Assembly: GCA_009914755.4 (NCBI GenBank)
Contig: CP068257.2
Location: forward strand, 1,856,001-1,920,000
Source of the DNA: the human T2T-CHM13v2.0 reference genome, Homo sapiens
Reading direction: 5' to 3'
Length of the DNA: 64,000 bases
A program made the translations under genes and the position numbers. A model generated the notes under the pieces. It did no database searches. It was not told the DNA's origin and worked only from the letters and a program-made list of their open reading frames with translations. Below, in pieces: positions 44,955 to 61,400 of the stretch; position 1 is the first letter of the stretch, and each line of letters begins with the position of its first letter.

Positions 44955-47900
44955 TATATTTTATTCTGTACATAAAATATCAAAGTACACCAGATATATA
45001 TTCTATAGTGTACATAAAATAACAAAGTACACAAACTATAAATTATATACTGTACATAAAATATGAAATTACATCAAATATATATTAGGTACATAAAATA
45101 TGAAAGTACATCAAACATAGATTATATACTGTACATAAAATTTCAATGTACCCCAAATATATATTTTATACTCTACATGAAATATCAAAGTTCACAAACC
45201 ATATATTATATACTGTACATAAAATATCAAAGTACCCAAGGTATATATTCTATACTATACAAAAAATATCAAAGTACCCAAAGCATGTATTATATACTGT
45301 ACCTAAAATATGAAAGTACATCAAATATATATTTTATTCTGTACATAAAATATCAAAGTACACCAGATATATATTCTATAGTGTACATAAAATATCAAAG
45401 TACCCAAACTATACATTATATACTGTACATAAAATATGAAATTACATCAAATATATTTTATATTAGGTACATAAAATATGAAGGTACATCAAATATAGAT
45501 TATATACTGTACATTAAATACCAAAGTACCCCAAATATATATTTTATACTGTACATGAAATATCAAAGTTCACAAACTATATATTATATACTGTACATAT
45601 AATATCAAAGTACCCAAGGTATATATTCTATACTGTACAAAAAATAACAAAGTACCAAAAGCATGTATAATACACTGTACATAAAATATGAAAGTACATC
45701 AAATATATATTTTATTCTGTACATAAAATATCAAAGTACACCAGATATATATTCTATAGTGTACATAAAATATCAAAGTACCCAAACTATACATTATATA
45801 CTGTAAATAAAATATGAAATTACATCAAATATATTTTATATTAGGTACACAAAATATGAAAGTACATCAAATATAGATTATATACTGTACATTAAATACC
45901 AAAGTACCCCAAATATATATTTTATACTGTACATGAAATATCAAAGTTCACAAACTATATATTATATGCTGTTCATAATATATCAAAGTCCCCAAGGTAT
46001 ATATTCTATACTGTACAAAAAATATCAAAGTACCCAAAGCATGTATAATACACTGTACATAAAATATGAAAGTACATCAAATATATATTTTCTTCTGTAC
46101 ATAAAATATCAAAGTACACCAGATATATATTCTATAGTGTGCATAAAATATCAAAGTACCCAAACTATACATTATATACTGTAAATAAAATATGAAATTA
46201 CATCAAATATATTTTATATTAGGTACACAAAATATGAAAGTACATCAAATATAGATTATATACTGTACATTAAATACCAAAGTACCCCAAATATATATTT
46301 TATACTGTACATGAAATATCAAAGTTCACAAACTATATATTATATACTGTTCATAAAATATCAAAGTCCCCAAGGTATATATTCTATACTGTACAAAAAA
46401 TATCAAAGTACCCAAAGCATGTATTATATACTGTAAATAAAATATGAAAGTACATCAAATATATATTTTATTCTGTACATAATATATCAAAGTACACCAG
46501 ATATATATTCTATAGTGTACATAAAATAACAAAGTACACAAACTATACATTATATACTGTACATAAAATATGAAATTACATCAAATATATATTAGGTACA
46601 TAAAATATGAAAGTACATCAAATATAGATTATATACTGTACATAAAATATCAATATACCCCAAATATATATTTTATACTGTACATGAAATATCAAAGTTC
46701 ACAAACTATATATTATATGCTGTTCATAATATATCAAAGTCCCCAAGGTATATATTCTATACTGTACAAAAAATATCAAAGTACCCAAAGCATGTATTAT
46801 ATACTGTACATAAAATATGAAAGTACATCAAATATATATTTTATTCTGTACATAAAATATCAAAGTACACCAGATATATATTCTATAGTGTACATAAAAT
46901 ATCAAAGTACACAAAATATACATTATATACTGTACATAAAATATGAAATTACATCAAATATATATTATATAAAGTACATAAAATATGAAAGTACATCAAA
47001 TATAGATTATATACTGTACATTAAATACCAAAGAACCCCAAATATATATTATATACTCTACATGAAATATCAAAGTTCACAAACTATATATTATATACTG
47101 TACATAAAATATCAAAGTACCCAAGGTATATATTCTATACTGTACAAAAAATATCAAAGTACCCAAAGCATGTATTATATACTGTATATAAAATATGAAA
47201 GTACATCAAATATATATTTTATTCTGTACATAAAATATCAAAGTACACCAGATATATATTCTATAGTGTACATAAAATAACAAAGTACAAAAACTATAAA
47301 TTATATACTGTACATAAAATATGAAATTACATCAAATATATATTAGGCACATAAAATATGAAAGTACATCAAATATAGATTATATACTGTACATAAAATA
47401 TCAAAGTACACCAAATACATATTATATACTCTACATGAAATATCAAAGTTCACAAACTATATATTATATACTGTACATAAAATATCAAAGTACCCAAGGT
47501 ATATATTCTATAATGTACAAAAAATATCAAAGTACCCAAAGCGTGTATTATATACTGTATATAAAATATGAAATTACATCAGATATATATTTTATTCTGT
47601 ACATAAAATATCAAAGTACACCAGATATATATTCTGTAGTGTACATAAAATATCAAAGTACCCAAACTATACATTACATACTGTACATAAAATATGAGAT
47701 TACATCACATATATATTATATTAGGTACATAAAATATGAAAGTACATCAAATATAGATTATATACTGTACATTAAATACCAAAGTACCCCAAATATATAT
47801 TTTATACTGTACATGAAATATCAAAGTTCACAAACTATATATTATATACTGTACATAAAATATCAAAGTACCCAAGGTATATATTCTATACTGTACAAAA

Positions 47901-47985
47901 AATATCAAAGTACCCAAAGCATGTATTATATACTGTACCTAAAATATGAAAGTACATCAAATATATATTTTATTCTGTACATAAA
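44955..47985 (+). repeat. Third, partial copy of the same unit. It corresponds to 41572-44600 at offset 3383.
   Basis: Offset 3383 holds for 41680/45063 (179 aa, near-identical), 42550/45933, 43187/46570 and 43938/47321. The copies diverge where copy 3 acquires an I' (taa) monomer at ~48020. Confidence 0.7.
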
Positions 47986-50859
47986 ATATCAAAGTACACC
48001 AGATATATATTCTATAGTGTACATAAAATAACAAAGTTCAAAAACTATAAATTATAAACTGTACATAAAATATGAAATTACATCAAATATATATTAGGTA
48101 CATAAAATATGAAAGTACATCAAATATAGATTATATACTGTACATAAAATATCAATGTACCCCAAATATATATTTTATACTCTACATGAAATATCAAAGT
48201 TCACAAACCATATATTATATACTGTACATAAAATATCAAAGTGCCCAAGGTATATATTCTATACTATACAGAAAATATCAAAGTGCCCAAAGCATGTATT
48301 ATATACTGTACCTAAAATATGAAAGTACATCAAATATATATTTTATTCTGTACTTAAAATATCAAAGTACACCAGATATATATTCTATAGTGTACATAAA
48401 ATATCAAAGTACCCAAACTATACATTATATACTGTACATAAAATATGAAATTACATCAAATATATATTATATTAGGTACATAAAATATGAAAGTACATCA
48501 AATATAGATTATATACTGTACACTAAATACCAAAGTACCCCAAATATATATTTTATACTGTATATGAAATATCAAAGTTCACAAACTATATATTATATAC
48601 TGTACATAAAATATCAAAGTACCCAAGGTATATATTCTATACTGTACAAAAAATATCAAAGTACCCAAAGCATGTATTATATACTGTACCTAAAATATGA
48701 AAGTACATCAAATATATATTTTATTCTGTACATAAAATATCAAAGTACACCAGATATATATTCTATAGTGTACATAAAATATCAAAGTACCCAAACTATA
48801 CATTATATACTGTACATAAAATATGAAATTACATCAAATATATATTATATTAGGTACATAAAATATGAAAGCACATCAAATATAGATTATACACTGTACA
48901 TAAAATATCAAAGTACCCCAAATATATATTTTATACTGTACATGAAATATCAAAGTTCACAAACTATATATTATATACTGTAAATAAAATAAAGTCCCCA
49001 AGGTATATATTCTATACTGTACAAAAATATCAAAGTACCCAAAGCATGTATTATATACAGTACATAAAATATGAAAGTACATCAAATATATATTTTATTC
49101 TGTACATAAAATATCAAAGAACACCAGATATATATTCTATAGTGTACATAAAATAACAAAGTACACAAACTATAAATTATATACTGTACATAAAATATGA
49201 AATTACATCAAATATATATTAGGTACATAAAATATGAAAGTACATCAAACATAGATTATATACTGTACATAAAATTTCAATGTACCCCAAATATATATTT
49301 TATACTCTACATGAAATATCAAAGTTCACAAACCATATATTATATACTGTACATAAAATATCAAAGTACCCAAGGTATATATTCTATACTATACAAAAAA
49401 TATCAAAGTACCCAAAGCATGTATTATATACTGTACCTAAAATATGAAAGTACATCAAATATATATTTTATTCTGTACATAAAATATCAAATACACCAGA
49501 TATATATTCTATAGTGTACATAAAATATCAAAGTACCCAAACTATACATTATATACTGTACATAAAATATGAAATTACATCAAATATATTTTATATTAGG
49601 TATATAAAATATGAAAGTACATCAAATATAGATTATATACTGTACATTAAATACCAAAGTACCCCAAATATATATTTTATACTGTACATGAAATATCAAA
49701 GTTCACAAACTCTATAATATATACTGTACATATAATATCAAAGTACCCAAGGTATATATTCTATAGTGTACAAAAAATAACAAAGTACCAAAAGCATGTA
49801 TAATACACTGTACATAAAATATGAAAGTACATCAAATATATATTTTATTCTGTACATAAAATATCAAAGTACACCAGATATATATTCTATAGTGTACATA
49901 AACTATCAAAGTACCCAAACTATACGTTATATACTGTAAATAAAATATGAAATTACATCAAATATATTTTATATTAGGTACACAAAATATGAAAGTACAT
50001 CAAATATAGATTATATACTGTACACTAAATACCAAAGTACCCCAAATATATATTTTATACTGTACATGAAATATCAAAGTTCACAAACTATATATTATAT
50101 ACTGTACATAAAATATCAAAGTACCCAAGGTATATATTCTATACTGTACAAAAAATATCAAAGTACCCAAAGCATGTATTATATACTGTACCTAAAATAT
50201 GAAAGTACATCAAATATATATTTTATTCTGTACATAAAATATCAAAGTACACCAGATATATATTCTATAGTGTACATAAAATATCAAAGTACCCAAACTA
50301 TACATTATATACTGTACATAAAATATGAAATTACATCAAATATATATTATATAAGGTACATAAAATATGAAAGTACATCAAATATAGATTATATACTGTA
50401 CATTAAATACCAAAGTACCCCAAATATATATTTTATACTGTACATGAAATATCAAAGTTCACAAACTATATATTATATACTGTACATAAAATATCAAAGT
50501 ACCCAAGGTATATATTGTATACTGTACAAAAAATATCAAAGTACCCAAAGCATGTATTATATACTGGACCTAAAATATGAAAGTACATCAAATATATATT
50601 TTATTCTGTACATAAAATATCAAAATACACCAAATGTATATTCTATACTGTACATAAAATATCAAAGTACCCAAACTATACATTATATACTGTACATAAA
50701 ATATGAAATTACATCAAATATATATTATATTAGGTACATAAAATATGAACGTACATCAAATATAGATTATACACTGTACATAAAATATCAAAGTACCGCA
50801 AATATATATTATATACTCTACATGAAATATCAAAGTTCACAAACTATATATTATATACT

Positions 50860-52367
50860 GTACATAAAATAAAGTCCCCAAGGTATATATTCTATACTGT
50901 AGAAAAAATATCAAAGTACGCAAAGCATGTATTATATACTGTATATAAAATATGAAAGTACATCAAATATATATTTTATTCTGTACATAAAATATCAAAG
51001 TACACCAGATATATATTCTATAGTGTACATAAAATAACAAAGTTCAAAAACTATAAATTATAAACTGTACATAAAATATGAAATTACATCAAATATATAT
51101 TAGGTACATAAAATATGATAGTACATCAAATATAGATTATATACTGTACATAAAATATCAATGTACCCCAAATATATATTTTATACTCTACATGAAATAT
51201 CAAAGTTCACAAACCATATATTATATACTGTACATAAAATATCAAAGTACCCAAGGTATATATTCTATACTATACAAAAAATATCAAAGTACCCAAAGCA
51301 TGTATTATATACTGTACCTAAAATATGAAAGTACATCAAATATATATTTTATTCTGTACATAAAATATCAAAGTACACCAGATATATATTCTATAGTGTA
51401 CATAAAATATCAAAGTACCCAAACTATACATTATATACTGTACATAAAATATGAAATTACATCAAATATATATTATATTAGGTACATAAAATATGAAAGT
51501 ACATCAAATATAGATTATACACTGTACATAAAATATCAAAGTACCCCAAATATATATTATATACTCTACATGAAATATCAAAGTTTGCAAACTATATATT
51601 ATATACTGTACATAAAATAAAGTCCCCAAGGTATATATTCTATACTGTAGAAAAAATATCAAAGTACCCAAAGCATGTATTATATACTGTATATAAAATA
51701 TGAAAGTACATCAAATGTATATTTTATTCTGTACATAAAATATCAAAGTACACCAGATATATATTCTATAGTGTACATAAAATAACAAAGTACACAAACT
51801 ATAAATTATATACTGTACATAAAATATGAAATTACATCAAATATATATTAGGTACATAAAATATGAAAGTACATCAAATATAGATTATATACTGTACATA
51901 TATTATCAATGTACCCCAAATATATATTTTATACTCTACATGAAATATCAAAGTTCACAAACCATATATTATATACTGTACATAAAATATCAAAGTACCC
52001 AAGGTATATATTCTATACTATACAAAAAATATCAAAGTACCCAAAGCATGTATTATATACTGTACCTAAAATATGAAAGTACATCAAATATATATTTTAT
52101 TCTGTACATAAAATATCAAAGTACACCAGATATATATTCTATAGTGTACATAAAATATCAAAGTACCCAAACTATACATTATATACTGTACATAAAATAT
52201 GTAATTACATCAAATATATATTATATTAGGTACATAAAATATGAAAGTACATCAAATATAGATTATACACTGTACATAAAATATCAATGTACCCCAAATA
52301 TATATCATATACTCTACATGAAATATCAAAGTTTGCAAACTATATATTATATACTGTACATAAAATA
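50860..52367 (+). repeat. 748-bp unit x2 (18 monomers, two HORs: 756 bp minus the 5-bp A' deletion and the 3-bp E-del deletion). Partial homologues flank it.
   Basis: E-del marker monomers sit at 50860, 51608 and 52356. ORF starts MKLHQIYIRY.. recur at 51078/51826/52574 (offset 748). Confidence 0.75.
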
Positions 52368-53900
52368 AAGTCCCCAAGGTATATATTCTATACTGTAGAA
52401 AAAATATCAAAGTACGCAAAGCATGTATTATATACTGTATATAAAATATGAAAGTACATCAAATGTATATTTTATTCTGTACATAAAATATCAAAGTACA
52501 CCAGATATATATTCTATAGTGTACATAAAATAACAAAGTACACAAACTATAAATTATATACTGTACATAAAATATGAAATTACATCAAATATATATTAGG
52601 TACATAAAATATGAAAGTACATCAAATATAGATTATATACTGTACATATATTATCAATGTACCCCAAATATGTATTTTATACTCTACATGAAATATCAAA
52701 GTTCACAAACCTTATATTATATACTGTACATAAAATATCAAAGTACCCAAGGTATATATTCTATACTGTACAAAAAATATCAAAGTACCCAAAGCATGTT
52801 TTATATACTGTACATAAAATATGAAAGTACATCAAATATATATTTTATTCTGTACATAAAATATCAAAGTACACCAGATATATATTCTATAGTGTACATA
52901 AAATATCAAAGTACCCAAACTATACATTATATACTGTACATAAAATATGAAATTACATCAAATATATATTATATTAGGTACACAAAATATGAAAGTACAT
53001 CAAACATAGATTATATACTGTACATTAAATATCAAAGTACCCCAAATATATATTTTATACTGTACATGAAATATCAAAGTTCACAAACTATATATTATAT
53101 ACTGTACATAAAATATCAAAGTACCCAAGGTATATATTATATACTGTACAAAAAATATCAAAGTACCCAAAGCATGTATTATATACTGTATATAAAATAT
53201 GAAAGTACATCAAATATATATTTTATTCTGTACATAAAATATCAAAGTACACCAGATATATATTCTATAGTGTACATAAAATATCAAAGTACCCAAACTA
53301 TACATTATATACTGTACATAAAATATGAAATTACATCAAATATATATTATATTAGGTACATAAAATATGAAAGTACATCAAATATAGATTATATACTGTA
53401 CACTAAATACCAAAGTACCCCAAATATATATTTTATACTGTACATGAAATATCAAAGTTCACAAACTATATATTATATACTGTACATAAAATATCAAAGT
53501 ACCCAACTTATATATTCTATACTGTACAAAAAATATCAAAGTACCCAAATCATGTATTATATACTGTACCTAAAATATGAAAGTACATCAAATATATATT
53601 TTATTCTGTACATAAAATATCAAAGTACACCAGATATATATTCTATAGTGTACATAAAATATCAAAGTACCCAAACTATACATTATATACTGTACATAAA
53701 ATATGAAATTACATCAAATATATATTATATTAGGTACATAAAATATGAAAGTACATCAAATATAGATTATATACTGTACATAAAATATCAAAGTACCCCA
53801 AATATATATTATATACTCTACATGAAATATCAAAGTTCACAAACCATATATTATATACTGTACATAAAATAAAGTACCCAAGGTATATATTCTATACTGT
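51830..53900 (+). repeat. Segmental copy. Partners are at 56340-58410 (offset 4507, near-identical) and ~60129-61430 (offset 7555 from 52574, more diverged).
   Basis: The 432-aa ORFs 52574..53872 and 57081..58379 are nearly identical and share 'YIYYQCTPNMYF', 'QGIYYILYKK' and 'ILYTKY'. The 60129..61427 ORF has the same length and a related sequence. E-del markers sit at 53860, 58367 and 61415. Confidence 0.7.
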
Positions 53901-53999
53901 AGAAAAAATATCAAAGGACCCAAAGCATGTATTATATACTGTATATAAAATATGAAAGTACATCAAATATATAATTTATTCTGTACATAAAATATCAAA

Positions 54000-55600
54000 G
54001 TACACCAGACATATATTCTATAGGGTACATAAAATAACAAAGTACAAAAACTATAAATTATATACTGTACATAAAATATGAAATTACATCAAATATATAT
54101 TAGGTACATAAAATATGAAAGTACATCAAATATAGATTATATACTGTACATAAAATTTCAATGTACCCCAAATATATATTTTATACTCTACATGAAATAT
54201 CAAAGTTCACAAACCATATATTATATACTGTACATAAAATATCAAAGTACCCAAGGTATATATTCTATACTATACAAAAAATATCAAAGTACCCAAAGCA
54301 TGTATTATATACTGTACCTAAAATATGAAAGTACATCAAATATATATTTTATTCTGTACATAAAATATCAAAGTACACCAGATATATATTCTATAGTGTA
54401 CATAAAATATCAAAGTACCCAAACTATACATTATATACTGTACATAAAATATGAAATTACATCAAATATATTTTATATTAGGTACATAAAATATGAAAGT
54501 ACATCAAATATAGATTATATACTGTACATTAAATACCAAAGTACCCCAAATATATATTTTATACTGTACATGAAATATCAAAGTTCACAAACTATATATT
54601 ATATACTGTACATATAATATCAAAGTACCCAAGGTATATATTCTATACTGTACAAAAAATAACAAAGTACCAAAAGCATGTATAATATACTGTACATAAA
54701 ATATGAAAGTACATCAAATATATATTTTATTCTGTACATAAAATATCAAAGTACACCAGATATATATTCTATAGTGTACATAAAATATCAAAATACCCAA
54801 ACTATACATTATATACTGTATATAAAATATGAAATTACATCAAATATATTTTATATTAGGTACACAAAATATGAAAGTACATCAAATATAGATTATATAC
54901 TGTACATTAAATACCAAAGTACCCCAAATATATATTTTATACTGTACATGAAATATGAAAGTTCACAAACTATATATTATATACTGTACATAAAATATCA
55001 AAGTAACCAAGATATATATTCTATACTGTACAAAAAATATCAAAGTACCAAAAGCATGTATTATATACTGTACATTAAATATGAAAGTACATCAAATATA
55101 TATTTCATTCTGTACATAATATATCAAAGTACACCAGATATATATTCTATAGTGTACATAAAATAACAAAGTACACAAACTATAAATTATATACTGTACA
55201 TAAAATATGAAATTACATCAAATATATATTAGGTACATAAAATATGAAAGTACATCAAATATAGATTATATACTGTACATAAAATATCAATGTACCCCAA
55301 ATATATATTTTATACTATACATGAAATATCAAAGTTCACAAACCATATATTGTATACTGTACATAAAATATCAAAGTACCCAAGGTATATATTCTATACT
55401 GTACAAAAAATATCAAAGTACCCAAAGCATGTATTATATACTGTACATAAAATATGAAAGTACATCAAATATATATTTTATTCTGTACATAATATATCAA
55501 AGTACACCAGATATATATTCTATAGTGTACATAAAATATCAAAGTACCCAAACTATACATTATATACTGTACATAAAATATGAAATTACATCAAATATAT
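54000..55600 (+). repeat. Segmental copy whose partner is at 61555-63150 (offset 7555).
   Basis: ORF pairs 54078/61633 (179 aa), 54678/62233 (162 aa, 'MYNILYIKYES') and 55207/62762 all sit at offset 7555. Confidence 0.65.
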
Positions 55601-56339
55601 ATTAAATTAGGTACATAAAATACGAGAGTACATCAAATATAGATTATATACTGTACATTAAATACCAAAGTACCCCAAATATATATTTTATACTGTACAT
55701 GAAATATCAAAGTTCACAAACTATATATTATATACTGTACATAAAATATCAAAGTACCCAAGGTATATATTATATACTGTACAAAAAATATCAAAGTACC
55801 CAAAGCATGTATTATATACTGCATATAAAATATGAAAGTACATCAAATATATATTTTATTCTGTACATAAAATATCAAAGTACACCAGATATATATTCTA
55901 TAGTGTACATAAAATATCAAAGTACCCAAACTATACATTATATACTGTACATAAAATATGAAATTACATCAAATATATATTATATTAGGTACATAAAATA
56001 TGAAAGTACATCAAATATAGATTATATACTGTACATAAAATATCAAAGTACCCCAAATATATATTATATACTCTACATGAAATATCAAAGTTCACAAACC
56101 ATATATTATATACTGTACATAAAATAAAGTACCCAAGGTATATATTCTATACTGTAGAAAAAATATCAAAGGACCCAAAGCATGTATTATATACTGTATA
56201 TAAAATATGAAAGTACATCAAATATATAATTTATTCTGTACATAAAATATCAAAGTACACCAGACATATATTCTATAGTGTACATAAAATAACAAAGTAC
56301 ACAAACTATAAATTATATACTGTACATAAAATATGAAAT

Positions 56340-58410
56340 TACATCTAATATATATTAGGTACATAAAATATGAAAGTACATCAAATATAGATTATATACT
56401 GTACATAAAATATCAATGTACCCCAAATATATATTTTATACTCTAAATGAAATATCAAAGTTCACAAACCATATATTATATACTGTACATAAAATATCAA
56501 AGTACCCAAGGTATATATTCTATACTATACAAAAAATATCAAAATACCCAAAGCATGTATTATATACTGTACCTAAAATATGAAAGTACATCAAATATAT
56601 ATTTTATTCTGTACATAAAATATCAAAGTACACCAGATATATATTCTATAGTGTACATAAAATATCAAAGTACCCAAACTATACATTATATACTGTACAT
56701 AAAATATGAAATTACATCAAATATATATTATATTAGGTACATAAAATATGTAAGTACATCAAATATAGATTATACACTGTACATAAAATATCAAAGTACC
56801 CCAAATATATATTATATACTCTACATGAAATATCAAAGTTTGCAAACTATATATTATATACTGTACATAAAATAAAGTCCCCAAGGTATATATTCTATAC
56901 TGTAGAAAAAATATCAAAGTACCCAAAGCATGTATTATATACTGTATATAAAATATGAAAGTACATCAAATGTATATTTTATTCTGTACATAAAATATCA
57001 AAGTACACCAGATATATATTCTATAGTGTACATAAAATAACAAAGTACACAAACTATAAATTATATACTGTACATAAAATATGAAATTACATCAAATATA
57101 TATTAGGTACATAAAATATGAAAGTACATCAAATATAGATTATATACTGTACATATATTATCAATGTACCCCAAATATGTATTTTATACTCTACATGAAA
57201 TATCAAAGTTCACAAACCATATATTATATACTGTACATAAAATATCAAAGTACCCAAGGTATATATTCTATACTGTACAAAAAATATCAAAGTACCCAAA
57301 GCATGTTTTATATACTGTACATAAAATATGAAAGTACATCAAATATATATTTTATTCTGTACATAAAATATCAAAGTACACCAGATATATATTCTATAGT
57401 GTACATAAAATATCAAAGTACCCAAACTATACATTATATACTGTACATAAAATATGAAATTACATCAAATATATATTATATTAGGTACATAAAATATGAA
57501 AGTACATCAAACATAGATTATATACTGTACATTAAATATCAAAGTACCCCAAATATATATTTTATACTGTACATGAAATATCAAAGTTCACAAACTATAT
57601 ATTATATACTGTACATAAAATATCAAAGTACCCAAGGTATATATTATATACTGTACAAAAAATATCAAAGTACCCAAAGCATGTATTATATACTGCATAT
57701 AAAATATGAAAGTACATCAAATATATATTTTATTCTGTACATAAAATATCAAAGTACACCAGATATATATTCTATAGTGTACATAAAATATCAAAGTACC
57801 CAAACTATACATTATATACTGTACATAAAATATGAAATTACATCAAATATATATTATATTAGGTTCATAAAATATGAAAGTACATCAAATATAGATTATA
57901 TACTGTACACTAAATACCTAAGTACCCCAAATATATATTTTATACTGTACATGAAATATCAAAGTTCACAAACTATATATTATATACTGTACATAAAATA
58001 TCAAAGTACCCAACGTATATATTCTATACTGTACAAAAAATATCAAAGTACCCAAATCATGTATTATATACTGTACCTAAAATATGAAAGTACATCAAAT
58101 ATATATTTTATTCTGTACATAAAATATCAAAGTACACCAGATATATATTCTATAGTGTACATAAAATATCAAAGTACCCAAACTATACATTATATACTGT
58201 ACATAAAATATGAAATTACATCAAATATATATTATATTAGGTACATAAAATATGAAAGTACATCAAATATAGATTATATACTGTACATAAAATATCAAAG
58301 TACCCCAAATATATATTATATACTCTACATGAAATATCAAAGTTCACAAACCATATATTATATACTGTACATAAAATAAAGTACCCAAGGTATATATTCT
58401 ATACTGTAGA
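56340..58410 (+). repeat. Partner copy of 51830-53900 (offset 4507).
   Basis: As above. In addition, 56447..56875 matches the end of 51078..51620 ('NIDYTLYIKYQSTPNIYYILYMKYQSLQTIYYILYIK'). Confidence 0.7.
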
Positions 58411-61400
58411 AAAAATATCAAAGGACCCAAAGCATGTATTATATACTGTATATAAAATATGAAAGTACATCAAATATATAATTTATTCTGTACATATAAT
58501 ATCAAAGTACACCAGACATATATTCTATAGTGTACATAAAATAACAAAGTACAAAAACTATAAATTATATACTGTACATAAAATATGAAATTACATCTAA
58601 TATATATTAGGTACATAAAATATGAAAGTACATCAAATATAGATTATATACTGTACATAAAATTTCAATGTACCCCAAATATATATTTTATACTCTACGT
58701 GAAATATCAAAGTTCACAAACCATATATTGTATACTGTACATAAAATATCAAAGTACCCAAGGTATATGTTCTATACTGTACAAAAAATATCAAAGTACC
58801 CAAAGCATGTATTATATACTGTACATAAAATATGAAAGTACATCATATATATATTTAATTCCGTACATAAAATATCAAAGTACACCAGATATATATTCTA
58901 TTGTGTACATAAAATATCAAAGTACACAAACTATACATTATATACTGTACATAAAATATGAAATTACATCAAATATATATTATATAAGGTACATAAAATA
59001 TGAAAGTACATCAAATATAGATTATATACTGTACAATAAATACCAAAGAACCCCAAATATATATTATATACTGTACATTAAATACCAAAGATCCCCAAAT
59101 ATATATTATATACTCTACATGAAATATCAAAGTTCACAAACAATATATTATATACTGTACATAAAATATCAAAGAACCCAAGGTATATATTCTATACTGT
59201 ACAAAAAATATCAAAGTACCCAAAGCATGTATTATATACTGTATATAAAATATGAAAGTACATCAAATATATATTTTATTCTGTACATAAAATATCAAAG
59301 TACACCAGATATATATTCTATAGTGTACATAAAATAACAAAGTACAAAAACTATAAATTATATACTGTACATAAAATATGAAATTACATCAAATATATAT
59401 TAGTTACATAAAATATGAAAGTACATCAAATATAGATTATATACTGTACATAAAATATGAATGTACCCCAAATATATATTTTATACTCGACATGAAATAT
59501 CAAAGTTCACAAACCATATAATATATACTATACATAAAATATCAAAGTACCCAAGGTATATATTCTATACTGTACAAAAAATATCAAAGTACCCAAAGCA
59601 TGTATTATATACTGTACATAAAATATGAAAGTACATCAAATATATATTTTATTCTGTACATAAAATATCAAAGTACACCAGATATATATTCTATAGTGTA
59701 CATAAAATATCAAAGTACCCAAACTATACATTATATACTGTACATAAAATATGAAATTACCTCAAATATATATTATATTAGGTACATAAAATATGAAAGT
59801 ACATCAAATATAGATTATATACTGTACATTAAATACCAAAGTACCCCAAATATATATTTTATAGTGTACATGAAATATCACAGTTCACAAACTATATATT
59901 ATATACTGTACATATAATATCAAAGTACCCAAGGTATATATTCTATACTGTACAAAAAATATCAAAGTACCCAAAGCATGTATTATATACAGTACATAAA
60001 ATATGAAAGTACATCAAATATATATTTTATTCTGTACATAAAATATCAAAGTACACCAGATATATATTCTATAGTGTACATAAAATAACAAAGTACACAA
60101 ACTATAAATTATATACTGTACATAAAATATGAAATTACATCAAATATATATTAGGTATATAAATTATGAAAGTACATCAAATATAGATTTTATACTGTAC
60201 ATAAAATATCAATGTACCCCAAATATATATTTTATACTCTACATGAAATACCAAAGTTCACAAACCATATATTATATACTGTACATAAAATATCAAAGTA
60301 CCCAAGGTATATATTCTATACTGTACAAAAAATATCAAAGTACCCAAAGCATGTATTATATACTGTACATAAAATATGAAAGTACATCAAATATGTATTT
60401 TATTCTGTACATAAAATATCAAAGTACACCAGATATATATTCTATAGTGTACATAAAATATCAAAGTACCCAAACTATACATTATATACTGTACATAAAA
60501 TATGAAATTACATCAAATATATATTATATTAGGTACATAAAATATGAAAGTACATCAAATATAGATTATATACTGTACATAAAATATCAAAGTACCCCAA
60601 ATATATATTATATACTCTACATGAAATATCAAAGTTCACAAACTATATATTATATACTGTACATAAAATATCAAAGTACCCAAGGTATATATTCTATAAT
60701 GTACAAAAAATATCAAAGTACCCAAAGCGTGTATTATATACTGTATATAAAATGTGAAATTACATCAGATATATATTTTATTCTGTACATAAAATATCAA
60801 AGTACACCAGATATATATTCTATAGTGTACATAAAATATCAAAGTACCCAAACTATACATTATATACTGTACATAAAATATGAAATTACATCAAATATAT
60901 ATTATATTAGGTACATAAAATATGAAAGTACACCAAATATAGATTATATACTGTACATTAAATACCAAAGTACCCCAAATCTATATTTTATACTGTACAT
61001 GAAATATCAAAGTTCACAAACTGTATATTATATACTGTACATAAAATATCAAAGTACCCAAGGTATATATTCTATACTGTACAAAAAATATCAAAGTAAC
61101 CAAAGCATGTATTATATACTGTACCTAAAATATGAAAGTTCATCAAATATATATTTTATTCTGTACATAAAATATCAAAGTACACTAGATATATATTCTA
61201 TAGTGTACATAAAATACCAAAGTACCCAAACTATACATTATATACTGTACATAAAATATGAAATGACATCAAATATATATTATCTTAGGTATATAAAATA
61301 TGAAAGTACATCAAATATAGATTATACACTGTACATAAAATATCAAAGTACCCCAAATATATATTATATACTCTACATGAAATATCAAAGTTCACAAACT

